A stretch of 64,000 bases of DNA, taken from assembly GCA_964572145.1 (NCBI GenBank), contig CAZNES010000013.1, positions 6,529 through 70,528 of the forward strand. The letters run 5' to 3'. The position numbers and the translations under genes are program-made. Position 1 is the first letter of the stretch; each line of letters starts with the position of its first letter. Positions 1-8,937 of the stretch are shown in pieces. This DNA comes from an uncultured Syntrophobacteraceae bacterium (lineage in GTDB: Bacteria > Desulfobacterota > Binatia > UBA9968). The notes under the pieces were generated by a model. It was not told the DNA's origin and made no database searches. It saw nothing but the letters and a program-made list of their open reading frames with translations.

Positions 1-1204
1 AGAGGAGGTTTGTCGGGATGCTGGTGTAGGGAGCGAAGACGCCGTTGGGGAGGCGCACGATCGTGTGGAGGTTGAAGTCCTTGAGCAGCTCTTCTTTGAT
101 TCGTGCGCAGACGCCGTCGCCAAAGAGAGTTCCATTAGGTACGACCACTGCGGCGCGGCCGGGTTTCGGTTGGCGGCGGAGTTTGCGCATGATGAGTTGA
201 AGAAAGAGAAGGGCGGTTTCGGCGGTCTGTTTGTCTTCGGGGAAGTTGGACAGGATGCCACGTTCTTCTTCTCCGCCAAAGGGTGGGTTGGTAAGAATGA
301 TATCTACTCGGTCTTTGTCGCCGATCTCGCGGAGAGGGAAGCGAAGGCTGTTAAGAGGATCGATCTTGGGTGATTCGAGGCCGTGAAGAAGAAGATTCAT
401 CTGAGCAAGAAGATATGGCAGCGGCTTGGCTTCTCCGCCGAAGATGCTTTTAGTTTGCACAAGCTTGCGATCCTCGACGGTTTTGCACTGCTTGTCCAGG
501 TGTAAAAATGACTCGACGAGAAAACCGCCCGTGCCACAGGCCGGATCTAATACGACTTCACCAAGTCTTGGATCGATCACTTCAACCATGAAGCGGACAA
601 CGGGACGGGGAGTGTAAAACTCGCCGGAGTCTCCTGCCACGTCGCGCATCTCCTTGAGCATCGACTCGTAGAGCAGTCCGAGCGTGTGAATTTCGTCGCT
701 GCTCGTGAAGTGAATGCTATTTAACTTGTTCATGACGTCGCGGAGAAGGTAGCCATTGATCATTCGGTTGATCGTGCCTTTAAAGACAGTAGCGATCACG
801 TCCCGACGATCTCCGCCGTTTACGCCTTGAAGCCCGCGCAAATACGCAAATAGCCCGGCGCCCTTGGTTCCATCTGGTCGAACGGCTTCTTCGTTGTTCA
901 CAAAGGAGATTAATTCGTCGCCGGTTATGCCGTCCTCTTTTGCCGCCCAGTCGCGCCACCGATACGGCGGTTCAATAGCGGGGCGGAAACGTTTACCCGC
1001 CATCTTTGCTTCCTGCTGCCGGATCTCTTCCATGTCGTCCAGAAATTTCAGGAACATGATCCAGGTGAGCATTGGCAGCCGGTCGAGGTCGCCGTTGAGC
1101 CCTTTATCCTTCCGCATGATATCGCGGCAGGACTTCACAATGGAGGAAAGGCGCTGCGCTGTAGTCAGCGGTTGAGAGTTAATGGTCTTCCTTGCTCGGG
1201 CCAT
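1..1204 (-). CDS. hsdM: Type I restriction-modification methyltransferase subunit M (partial; 3' end beyond window)
   Basis: Not in ORF track because it runs off the edge. Manual translation from ATG at 1204 gives MARARKTINSQPLTTAQRLSSIVKSCRDIMRKDKGLNGDLDRLPMLTWIMFLKFLDD..., with SAM motif LDPACGTGGF (~521-550) and N6-MTase motif ILTNPPFGG (~272-298). Confidence 0.95.
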   Translation of the reverse strand, partial: MARARKTINSQPLTTAQRLSSIVKSCRDIMRKDKGLNGDLDRLPMLTWIMFLKFLDDMEEIRQQEAKMAGKRFRPAIEPPYRWRDWAAKEDGITGDELISFVNNEEAVRPDGTKGAGLFAYLRGLQGVNGGDRRDVIATVFKGTINRMINGYLLRDVMNKLNSIHFTSSDEIHTLGLLYESMLKEMRDVAGDSGEFYTPRPVVRFMVEVIDPRLGEVVLDPACGTGGFLVESFLHLDKQCKTVEDRKLVQTKSIFGGEAKPLPYLLAQMNLLLHGLESPKIDPLNSLRFPLREIGDKDRVDIILTNPPFGGEEERGILSNFPEDKQTAETALLFLQLIMRKLRRQPKPGRAAVVVPNGTLFGDGVCARIKEELLKDFNLHTIVRLPNGVFAPYTSIPTNLL

Positions 1205-1214
1205 CGTTTGCCTT

Positions 1215-2090
1215 TCAAAAAATAGTCTTCCAGTAACTATGGATTCGAAAAACCGCGCTCTCGATTGTGGTTTGGGTAAGCTCCAGTTCCCGCGCGATGG
1301 CCGTGTAGGAAGATGCCCAAGTCGCGGGAGCGGCAGGGAAGGAGTTGGGGATTTGATGTGTGGCGCGGTACTGAAAGGTGGCTTCAATCGCGGATTTAAC
1401 CGACTGAGAGTCCGGGATGCCTTGGTCGAGAATCAAGGTGAGATCTGCCAGATCCTTGACGCGCGAGTTCACACCGCCCCTGCGTGGCAGCGTATAAGCA
1501 TGGACTTTCTCCGCGAACTGTTGCGCGAGAGGCATGATGCGAAATCTCGCCGGCGGGATACTTGCGAACGAAAGGTAGTCCTCGCCGTTTGCCCACTCGG
1601 CGTTGTCGAGGATGACATCGCCAACGCCAACATCCAGGTGGAATTTTGCAAAGACGCGTCCGTCTAGGAGGACTTCTACCGGAAAACGAGCGCCGCCTCC
1701 CGGAGGCGCGTCGAACTCTTGCTGTGGCGCGCCGATGTTGACGGCGAAGTGATCTCCTATGTTCTGAGCCGCAGCCTCTTGAAGATCATCCCAGAGCTTT
1801 TGGATCATTTTCTCGGGACGATCGGCCCGCGGGCCGGATTCGGGCAAAGTCAAATCTATATCTTTTGTTGTCCGCGCCTTCATTCCATACCGGACTTCCA
1901 AGCTGTAACCTCCCTTTACAATCCATGGAGAACTCTGCTCCGCAAAGAGCCGCGCCAAAAGCCTGTCGAAAGCCACGAGCCTACGAAGTCTCTGCAATTC
2001 GGCCTGAGTTTTTGCCCTGTCGTTGATGCGGCTCTCGATGGCTTGCCGGAGAGAGCCGGGAGTTTCATAGCTTCTCGGAGGCTTCATCAT
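1215..2090 (-). CDS. AbiEii/AbiGii-family nucleotidyltransferase toxin (type IV TA)
   Basis: WIVKGGYSLEVRY...ARTTKDIDL, AEKVHAY and NSRVKDLADL motifs. Start reset to MMKPP at 2090, 2 nt after the antitoxin stop. Confidence 0.9.
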   Translation of the reverse strand: MMKPPRSYETPGSLRQAIESRINDRAKTQAELQRLRRLVAFDRLLARLFAEQSSPWIVKGGYSLEVRYGMKARTTKDIDLTLPESGPRADRPEKMIQKLWDDLQEAAAQNIGDHFAVNIGAPQQEFDAPPGGGARFPVEVLLDGRVFAKFHLDVGVGDVILDNAEWANGEDYLSFASIPPARFRIMPLAQQFAEKVHAYTLPRRGGVNSRVKDLADLTLILDQGIPDSQSVKSAIEATFQYRATHQIPNSFPAAPATWASSYTAIARELELTQTTIESAVFRIHSYWKTIF

Positions 2091-2092
2091 CT

Positions 2093-2701
2093 CTAATCTC
2101 TCGCCAAAGCCGCCATAGCCTCGTTCAGCCGCTGCCTTCCAACGGGAGAGAGTCCGTCTTGTTCGAGCTGTTTTCGCCGTATCAATCCCCGACTCAATGC
2201 GTCGCGAAGCGCTTTGATCAGATGTTCGGGGCTGAGGTCGCTCTCCGCTGCATCTAGAACGGTCCTGAACGGGGTGGTTACGCAAAAACCGGCATGCCCT
2301 TCCGTGTCTTGCTCTTCTAGATTTCCAGAGTGAAGCACGCATGCGCCTGGAGCGCGCTTTCTGAAGCCGCCGGGCACCGTAAGCTGGAGTTTTGCCGGCA
2401 TGACGTCGCCAAGATCATGAAAAGCAAGGGCGCTTTCGTGAGAGACAACGGCTTGAATCTTTCCTTTCCGGTCTCGGCTCCAAAACGCCCACCGGATGAG
2501 ATCCTCATGAGGATTACTGGGATAATCCCGGAGCCTGAACAGACCACGGTCTACCGGCAGCCAATTTCCGCGCTCCCGGTGAAAGTGTTGTTGGCGGTAT
2601 GTGTACCCAACCGAAAGAGCTTGGCTCGCTGTGAAATAGCCACCCTGCTCTGAGGCAATAGCCAAGAGCCGCCGTTCAGTATCTCTGGGGTCACGTCTCA
2701 T
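2093..2701 (-). CDS. AbiEi-family antitoxin / transcriptional regulator
   Basis: IASEQGGYFTASQA wHTH-like N-terminus, RGLFRL, VVSHESALAFHDL, VTTPFRTVLD; directly upstream of AbiEii. Confidence 0.9.
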   Translation of the reverse strand: MRRDPRDTERRLLAIASEQGGYFTASQALSVGYTYRQQHFHRERGNWLPVDRGLFRLRDYPSNPHEDLIRWAFWSRDRKGKIQAVVSHESALAFHDLGDVMPAKLQLTVPGGFRKRAPGACVLHSGNLEEQDTEGHAGFCVTTPFRTVLDAAESDLSPEHLIKALRDALSRGLIRRKQLEQDGLSPVGRQRLNEAMAALARD

Positions 2702-2702
2702 A

Positions 2703-2733
2703 CAAAAACCTTACATTGAGTGTAAGGTTTTTG
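2703..2733. promoter_or_regulatory. Operator palindrome 1 (CAAAAACCTTACA-N5-TGTAAGGTTTTTG), probable AbiEi binding site
   Basis: Perfect 13-bp inverted repeat immediately upstream of the abiEi ATG. Confidence 0.75.
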
Positions 2734-2760
2734 CAAGTAGCCCATCACTGGCTACATGAT

Positions 2761-2779
2761 CCTTACATCTAATGTAAGG
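2761..2779. promoter_or_regulatory. Operator palindrome 2 (CCTTACA-N5-TGTAAGG)
   Basis: Same core and spacer as palindrome 1, offset by 52 bp. Confidence 0.7.
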
Positions 2780-2805
2780 TTTACGGCGGAAAACGCTCTT
2801 CAGGC

Positions 2806-5169
2806 CTAGGCCGCGTATAAGAGGCTTTGAAGTTCGCCGACCGCTTCTCTTAGCTTTTCCGGGCCGCCGAAGAGATTTGCGATCTCGATCACGTTGCCGC
2901 GCTCTGAAATCGGTGGAACCTTGAGCACATCAGGAATCATGAACTGAGCGGTTCCATGCTCGGCGTATTTTTCGAGAAGAGCGTCGAGCACGGCTCTCGC
3001 CTCCGGCTCGTAGCGGTCGAAGAAATCTTTCTTCTCCTTGCGTAATTTCTCCGCCCTTTCCCTCCGGCTTCGAATGGGTGCGCTAAAGGCAACATAACAG
3101 AGCAGGTCGAAGGGATCGGCCTCCGGCTGGCCCGTGGCGGATCGAAGCTCGTCGAAATCGATTCCCTTTTCTTCCAGCTTGGCAATAATTTCAGCGCGGA
3201 GTTCAGGATCTGCCCATCGCCGGCGCAAGTCGATCAGCGAAGGGCAAAGGCTGCGCACCTTATCAGCCGCATAGTCCGTGAATTTGACAACTCGAAGCTG
3301 CTTGCCATCAGGATCGAGTTCGTACACGAGGTGTGCCGCGATTTCGACCTGCCCGCCGTCAAAATAAAATTTGCGCCGTTCGCCCTCGGATTCATCGCCG
3401 ATAATCGGCGTTATCTGTCTATCTTCTTGGATATCCCCGATGTCCTCACCGACCTCGGTATAGGTCTGCGAAGTTGTTTCGCCTTCGCTGTTAATCTCTT
3501 CCTCGGAAATAAACGCCGGCTCACCATCGAACTCGGGATCGGCAAAAAGGCGGGTGGCGTTGCCGGTGTAATCGAGGATGTTGAAAAAGAGCTTGCCATA
3601 ATCGTCGCGGACGCGCGTGCCGCGGCCGATGATTTGCTTGAACTCGACCATGGAGTTGACCACTCGCGCTATCACTACGTTCTTACAGGTTGGGATATCC
3701 ACGCCTGTAGTCAGCAATTGTGACGTGGTAACGATTGCTGGAGTTTGAGTTTCGAGTTCCTGAAACTTGCTGAGATGTCCTCTTCCGATACCTCCTTCCT
3801 CAGAAGTAATCCGGCAAACATAGTCCGGGTATTTCTGAACGAGATCACTGTTCAGATTTGCCAGTGCACGGCGCATCTCGTCGGCGTGTTCCTGATCCAC
3901 ACAGAAGACGATGGTTTTTCCAAAGCGGTCGGTTTTCTTGAGAAAGGCCGTCAAATGGCGGGCGATGGCTTCGGTTCGGGCCCGGAGAGCCACAACCCGT
4001 TCGAAATCCGCCGTGCTGTACTCGGCATCAGGAATTGTACGGCCGTACCGATCGATATCTTCTTTCGATGGCCGCCATCCGGTCGCATCCCATTGCGTCA
4101 CCACGCGATGGACTCTGTATGGCGCGAGAAATCCGTCCTCGATACCCTGACGCAGGCTATAGGTGTAGAGGGGATTACCAAAATACCGGTAAGTGTCGCG
4201 GTTGTCGGATCGAAGAGGCGTTGCGGTCATGCCGAGCTGATAAGCTGGTTTAAAGAAGGTTAGAATCTCACGCCAGTTGCTATCGTCTTTGGCGCTTCCG
4301 CGATGACACTCATCGACTATGATGAGATCAAAGAAATCCGGACCGAATTCCTTGTAAAGACCCGGCCGCCGCTCGTCTTTGGCGATGGACTGATAAATCG
4401 CGAAGTACAATTCTCGGCCCTTGTTCACCTCGCCATTTTCAATTTTCCATCTCGCATCGCCGAAAGGCGCGAAAATCTTGTCCTTGGGATCGTCGATCAA
4501 AATGTTGCGATCGGCGAGGTAAAGAATCTTGGGTCGGCGATATTCACCCGCGCGGTTCCAGCGCGCACTCCAAAGTTTCCAGCAGATTTGATATGCGACA
4601 ACAGTCTTTCCTGTTCCCGTCGCCATCGTAAGGAGAATCCGTTTGTTCCCCTTTAGGATCGCCTGCACTGCCGTGTTGATCGCGATTTCCTGGTAATAGC
4701 GGTGAGCTTTCCCCAGAGAAGTCTCACTTGGAGTGAGCGCTCCGCGGGCGACTTGATCGTCAGTTAAACCTTTTGCTTTCCTGAGTCGCTGCCAAAGATC
4801 TGCCGGACTTGGAAAGGCGTCCAGCTCCGTCTCTTTTCCCGTTGTATAGTCGAATTCAACAATCCCGTGGCCGTTCGTCGCGTAGGCAAAACTAAGACCC
4901 AGCATTTCGGCGTACTGTTTGGCCTGCTGAAGACCGTCACCGCAGAGTTTGTACGCGGCCTTAGCCTCGACAACGCCTATCGTTAAGTCCCGAGTGTACC
5001 GCAATAAGTAATCGGCGCGTTTAGGATATTGCCGGCGGCCCTTTTCTCCCACCGGCACGATTCGGCCATCCGTAAAGCTCTTCTGTTCGCTGATTTGTTC
5101 GTCGCTCCAGCCGGAAGTATAGAGCTTCGGAAGAACGTATTTTCTACAGGTATCGGCTTCGGTGATCAC
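2806..5169 (-). CDS. hsdR: Type I restriction endonuclease subunit R (EcoEI-like)
   Basis: ADYLL...VVEAK nuclease motif, ATGTGKT Walker A, IIVDECHRG DExH, MTATP, QIIGRGTR; EcoEI-type C-terminus. Confidence 0.95.
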   Translation of the reverse strand: MITEADTCRKYVLPKLYTSGWSDEQISEQKSFTDGRIVPVGEKGRRQYPKRADYLLRYTRDLTIGVVEAKAAYKLCGDGLQQAKQYAEMLGLSFAYATNGHGIVEFDYTTGKETELDAFPSPADLWQRLRKAKGLTDDQVARGALTPSETSLGKAHRYYQEIAINTAVQAILKGNKRILLTMATGTGKTVVAYQICWKLWSARWNRAGEYRRPKILYLADRNILIDDPKDKIFAPFGDARWKIENGEVNKGRELYFAIYQSIAKDERRPGLYKEFGPDFFDLIIVDECHRGSAKDDSNWREILTFFKPAYQLGMTATPLRSDNRDTYRYFGNPLYTYSLRQGIEDGFLAPYRVHRVVTQWDATGWRPSKEDIDRYGRTIPDAEYSTADFERVVALRARTEAIARHLTAFLKKTDRFGKTIVFCVDQEHADEMRRALANLNSDLVQKYPDYVCRITSEEGGIGRGHLSKFQELETQTPAIVTTSQLLTTGVDIPTCKNVVIARVVNSMVEFKQIIGRGTRVRDDYGKLFFNILDYTGNATRLFADPEFDGEPAFISEEEINSEGETTSQTYTEVGEDIGDIQEDRQITPIIGDESEGERRKFYFDGGQVEIAAHLVYELDPDGKQLRVVKFTDYAADKVRSLCPSLIDLRRRWADPELRAEIIAKLEEKGIDFDELRSATGQPEADPFDLLCYVAFSAPIRSRRERAEKLRKEKKDFFDRYEPEARAVLDALLEKYAEHGTAQFMIPDVLKVPPISERGNVIEIANLFGGPEKLREAVGELQSLLYAA

Positions 5170-5450
5170 GTCGGGGCGCCAGGAAGATCCAAAATTAGAA
5201 ACTTGCTGAAATCTTACGCGATTTGCGGGGAATCTGGCAAGCGGTTTAAATGCGGGGAATAAGAATTAGGCGTGACCTTAAAAGCAAAAGTAAATAAACA
5301 GGACTCAGTAGTGTCTGAGTCTTCATTTGATGGCTGTATTCTATTCTTCCCAAATTGCCTCACACGCAATTACGTGACAATAGAGCACACTGCCCGAGGG
5401 CTACGTTATGAGATTAACGGCGGGCATCGCGCTTTACGATGGGGACAACG

Positions 5451-7487
5451 TCACTCCCTCCCTTTCCGGTGCATCTTTTCAACTGAGAACTCGCGCGCCA
5501 CTCCGTGGCACACGACGCAGCTTTCTCTCCCGTTCGAAGCGATCTGCGCTTCCATGTGAGCCTTGGCCGGATCTCTCGTGTGGCAACCGACGCACGCGCT
5601 CATGATCGGCGGTAATTGCTTGACGCTGCCGTCCGCCTGCTGGATCGGCGTCGCGATGACTCCTTCCGGCAGCGGCAGCTCGTTCGCGCCTTTTTCGTGA
5701 CACTTGACGCAGTTTCTCCGATCGCCGGGAAATCGGATTTCGCCGAAGTTCACCGGGACGGGAGCCGCCGCCGGCCCGCCGTAGACGATGAACGGCTCGC
5801 CCAGATTTCTTCCCGTGTGGATGCGATGAATGAGCCGTTTGTAATGCACGTTCTCCGGCGGCATCGGTCCCTTGGCGGTTTTTCTCTTGTCCGCGTCGGT
5901 ATGATTGGCGTTGTGGCACATGACGCAAAATTCCGTGTTGTTGCGAACCTCGCCGTGCGGCTGGAGCTTCAAATGGCAGACGTTGCAGTTCTCGGTCTTG
6001 ACCGCTTTTCTCCTGGGCACTGCCTCGCGGTCGGTGATGGGAAAATATTTGACCACGTTGATGCCGGCGTTGCGCTGGTTTTTTTCCACAACCGTTCCGC
6101 TCGGCCGCTTGACGTCGAGCAACCGGTAACCCTGGATACCCACGGCGCCCGAGCCGCTCGCGTCCGCCGGAATCGTGTAAGCGAATTTATGCCGGTGGAC
6201 GCCGTTGCCCAACGGCTCGGCCTTGCGCGCGTCCTCGCTGACCTCGGTCCGGTAATCGACCGTCGGCCAGGCCAGCACGAGACTTAGGTTATTCATCTGC
6301 GCAGCGTTGACCGGCGCGCCTTGTTTGTCCTTTAAACTAAAGGTCACGACGGGATTACTACCCGGCTTGCCGCCTTCGATCTGGAGGATGTCGAAAACAA
6401 TTCCGGGTAACTGGCTCGCGTTGCCGGGAAACGTATGGGCGCCGACAATCGACGCGCCGAACTCCGGTCCCTCCGGCTGGTGGCAATTGACGCAAGTGCC
6501 CTCGGCCGCGGGGCCCGGCCCGTGCTTTGTGCCCGTTCTTAAATCGACGTTGTCGTGGCAGGAGACGCAGCCCACGCTCGACGGCAAAACTTTCCAGTTG
6601 GTTACCTTAGGATTCGCATGGCAGGCGAGGCAATTGCGATATTCTTTTGGAATCGTTTCCGTCACGACCGACTGGGGACTCACGATCGTGGAAAAATCCA
6701 CCACCCGCTGATTCAAGCCGACGGTGAAATAGGGCTTGCCGGCCTTCACGCTCGGGAGATATTTCCCGCGATGGAGTTTGTGGATGAAATAGTTAAAGTC
6801 GAGACTCTCGGCGGTTTCCGGGTCGGTCAGTTGCGAGGTGTGGCAGAGCGCGCAGTAGCCGGCCTCGCGCGCCGTGCCACGGTGCGCGCGCATGGGATCG
6901 TGGCACGTATTACAAGAGGCCGTCTCAGTCAATTCACGCCTGAGCTGCACCTTGCCGCCGGCGGGAACGAACTCGTACAGCGGATTCGCGGCGTAGCGGC
7001 GCTCGCCGCGGGTCAGCTCGCCGCCGACGACGTGAGTCGTCTTGCGGTCGAAGTCGGCGGGCAGCGCGGTCTTAAACGTGTAGCTAAAAACTCCCGGACG
7101 CACGCGCGCGAGAGCGCCGCCCTCGTCGGCGCCCGGCTGCAACGTCTCCGCCAGCGCCGGTTTTCGCGTCTCGCCTTTGAAGACGAAATCTTTGCCGGCG
7201 ACCCTGGCGAGAATGTAATTGCGATAATCGCGCTCGCCGCTCTTTGCGACCGTAAGCGCGGCGATGGTAAATTTCACGCTGTTGGGATCGAGATCCTCGA
7301 GATCGAGCGGCTTTCCCTTGGCGTCGGCGATTTTAAAGGTGACGATCGGCCGGCGGTTCGCCGGAATTGCGACGGCGGTGATCTCCGCCTTGAGGCCGCT
7401 CTCGGGCGCGCTCTGGCCATGAGCCGCGGGCGCCGTCGCGAAAGTAAGCGAGAGAATGAGAAACAAAGATCGGAAAAGCCGCATCAT
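5451..7487 (-). CDS. OmcA/MtrC-family decaheme c-type cytochrome
   Basis: Ten CxxCH motifs in two pentaheme blocks, each preceded by a heme-free domain; IHKLH and IHRIH axial-His motifs; N-terminal signal peptide. Confidence 0.88.
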   Translation of the reverse strand: MMRLFRSLFLILSLTFATAPAAHGQSAPESGLKAEITAVAIPANRRPIVTFKIADAKGKPLDLEDLDPNSVKFTIAALTVAKSGERDYRNYILARVAGKDFVFKGETRKPALAETLQPGADEGGALARVRPGVFSYTFKTALPADFDRKTTHVVGGELTRGERRYAANPLYEFVPAGGKVQLRRELTETASCNTCHDPMRAHRGTAREAGYCALCHTSQLTDPETAESLDFNYFIHKLHRGKYLPSVKAGKPYFTVGLNQRVVDFSTIVSPQSVVTETIPKEYRNCLACHANPKVTNWKVLPSSVGCVSCHDNVDLRTGTKHGPGPAAEGTCVNCHQPEGPEFGASIVGAHTFPGNASQLPGIVFDILQIEGGKPGSNPVVTFSLKDKQGAPVNAAQMNNLSLVLAWPTVDYRTEVSEDARKAEPLGNGVHRHKFAYTIPADASGSGAVGIQGYRLLDVKRPSGTVVEKNQRNAGINVVKYFPITDREAVPRRKAVKTENCNVCHLKLQPHGEVRNNTEFCVMCHNANHTDADKRKTAKGPMPPENVHYKRLIHRIHTGRNLGEPFIVYGGPAAAPVPVNFGEIRFPGDRRNCVKCHEKGANELPLPEGVIATPIQQADGSVKQLPPIMSACVGCHTRDPAKAHMEAQIASNGRESCVVCHGVAREFSVEKMHRKGRE

Positions 7488-7538
7488 GGCCTCCTCGGCC
7501 GCGGCATTGCGGCCGTGCGTCGATCGACGACTCGGCGT

Positions 7539-7567
7539 GTTTTATTCCCATGGTAAAATATTGTCAA
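7539..7567 (-). promoter_or_regulatory. Sigma70-like promoter for the decaheme cytochrome
   Basis: TTGACA-17 nt-TAAAAC on the minus strand, about 50 nt upstream of the start. Confidence 0.5.
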
Positions 7568-7656
7568 ATTCACCCCGCGGCGCGGCGTTTCGGCGCTTTG
7601 CTGGTTTGCTTTGTTTTCGCGTTGACCGCGCGCGTTCAAGTCGATAAGGCTGTTCC

Positions 7657-8937
7657 GTGGCCTTTCAGCGACGCGATCTCCCTTCGAAGCAGCCATCTGA
7701 AACCAGAGGCGAGTATGTTCCTTCCTGTCCTCATTATCCCGAGGGATGTGTCGGTTGCCCGTTCATCAACGTTCCTTATCCGGAGCAATTAAAAAGAAAA
7801 CAGGAAATCGTCGCTCAATCTTTCGCGAGGTATCCTTCGCTTCAACACGTTCAAGTCCCGGGTGTTGTTCCTTCGCCGCGCCGGCTGGGCTATCGCGCGC
7901 GCGTGAAGCTGGTGGTGCGCAAGGCGAAGAGCGAAGTCCTCACCGGACTCTATCTGCCGCAAAGCCACCAGGTCGTGGATATCTCTTCTTGCCCGGTTCA
8001 TCCGGAAGCGGTCAACCGCGTGATCCAGCAGCTCAAGAAGGAAATTCAACGGCTCGGCATCTCTCCTTACGACGAGCGCAGCGACAGCGGCGACCTGCGC
8101 TATCTCGACGTCCGCTATAGCTTCTGGTCCCGGGAGATCGTGCTCACTTTAGTGACGCGGCGGCCGACATTTCCACGCGGTAACGAACTCGCGCGAGCCC
8201 TCAAGAAGCGCTTTAGCTTTCTTGCCGGAGTCGCCCAGAATATCAACGAGGACGCCGGCAACGTCATCTGGGGGCCGCGCTCTCGTTCGCTCGCCGGTCG
8301 GGACACGGTGATCGAGCGGATCGGCGCGTGGAAGCTGAGACTTCCGGTCGGCGTCTTCTCGCAGGCGAACCCGCTCGTCGCCTCCAAGCTATACGAGAAA
8401 GTGGAGTCATTGGCGGCATTGACGGGAAAGGAGATCGTTCTCGACCTCTACTGCGGAGTCGGCCCGATCTCGCTTCACCTGGCGCCGGCGGCGGAAATAA
8501 TCTGGGGCGTCGATGAAAGTTCTCTCGCTATCGCGACGGCGAAGCAAAACGCGCGGATGAACGGCGTCAACAACTGCCGCTTCTTCGAAGGAAACGTCGC
8601 GGAGAAATTGGCAGAGGCAAAGCGCGTTTTTCCGCAAGTCGATCTCGTGATCTTGAACCCGCCGCGCAAAGGTCTTCAGCCCGACGCCGTGGCCGCTCTA
8701 ACTTCTCTGCTTCCGCCGCGGATTATCTACGTCTCGTGCGAGCCGGCAACGCTGGCGCGCGATCTCGACAAAATTTCCGACAACGGCTATCGCGTGATTG
8801 CGCTCCAGCCCTTCGACATGTTTCCGCAGACTGATGGAGTAGAGACCGTAGCCCTTCTCATCAATTCAAAATTAAATCAATCTGCCGCCCGGCATGTGAG
8901 GGAACGCGCTCATCTCATGCGCGTGACCTGTAGGTAG
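7657..8937 (+). CDS. rlmD: 23S rRNA (uracil-1939-C5)-methyltransferase
   Basis: CPHYPEGCVGC Fe-S motif, FSQAN, LDLYCGVG, NPPRKG, YVSC, DMFPQT. Confidence 0.9.
   Translation: MAFQRRDLPSKQPSETRGEYVPSCPHYPEGCVGCPFINVPYPEQLKRKQEIVAQSFARYPSLQHVQVPGVVPSPRRLGYRARVKLVVRKAKSEVLTGLYLPQSHQVVDISSCPVHPEAVNRVIQQLKKEIQRLGISPYDERSDSGDLRYLDVRYSFWSREIVLTLVTRRPTFPRGNELARALKKRFSFLAGVAQNINEDAGNVIWGPRSRSLAGRDTVIERIGAWKLRLPVGVFSQANPLVASKLYEKVESLAALTGKEIVLDLYCGVGPISLHLAPAAEIIWGVDESSLAIATAKQNARMNGVNNCRFFEGNVAEKLAEAKRVFPQVDLVILNPPRKGLQPDAVAALTSLLPPRIIYVSCEPATLARDLDKISDNGYRVIALQPFDMFPQTDGVETVALLINSKLNQSAARHVRERAHLMRVTCR

Noticed and set aside
65-1175. Small plus-strand ORFs in the track
   Set aside because: All lie antisense to hsdM, which the track missed because it has no stop in the window.
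5170-5450. AT-richer gap between hsdR and the cytochrome as an att site or small gene
   Set aside because: No tRNA, direct repeat or convincing ORF found; probably promoter region or island boundary.
6555-7556. 333-aa plus-strand ORF
   Set aside because: Antisense to the decaheme cytochrome.
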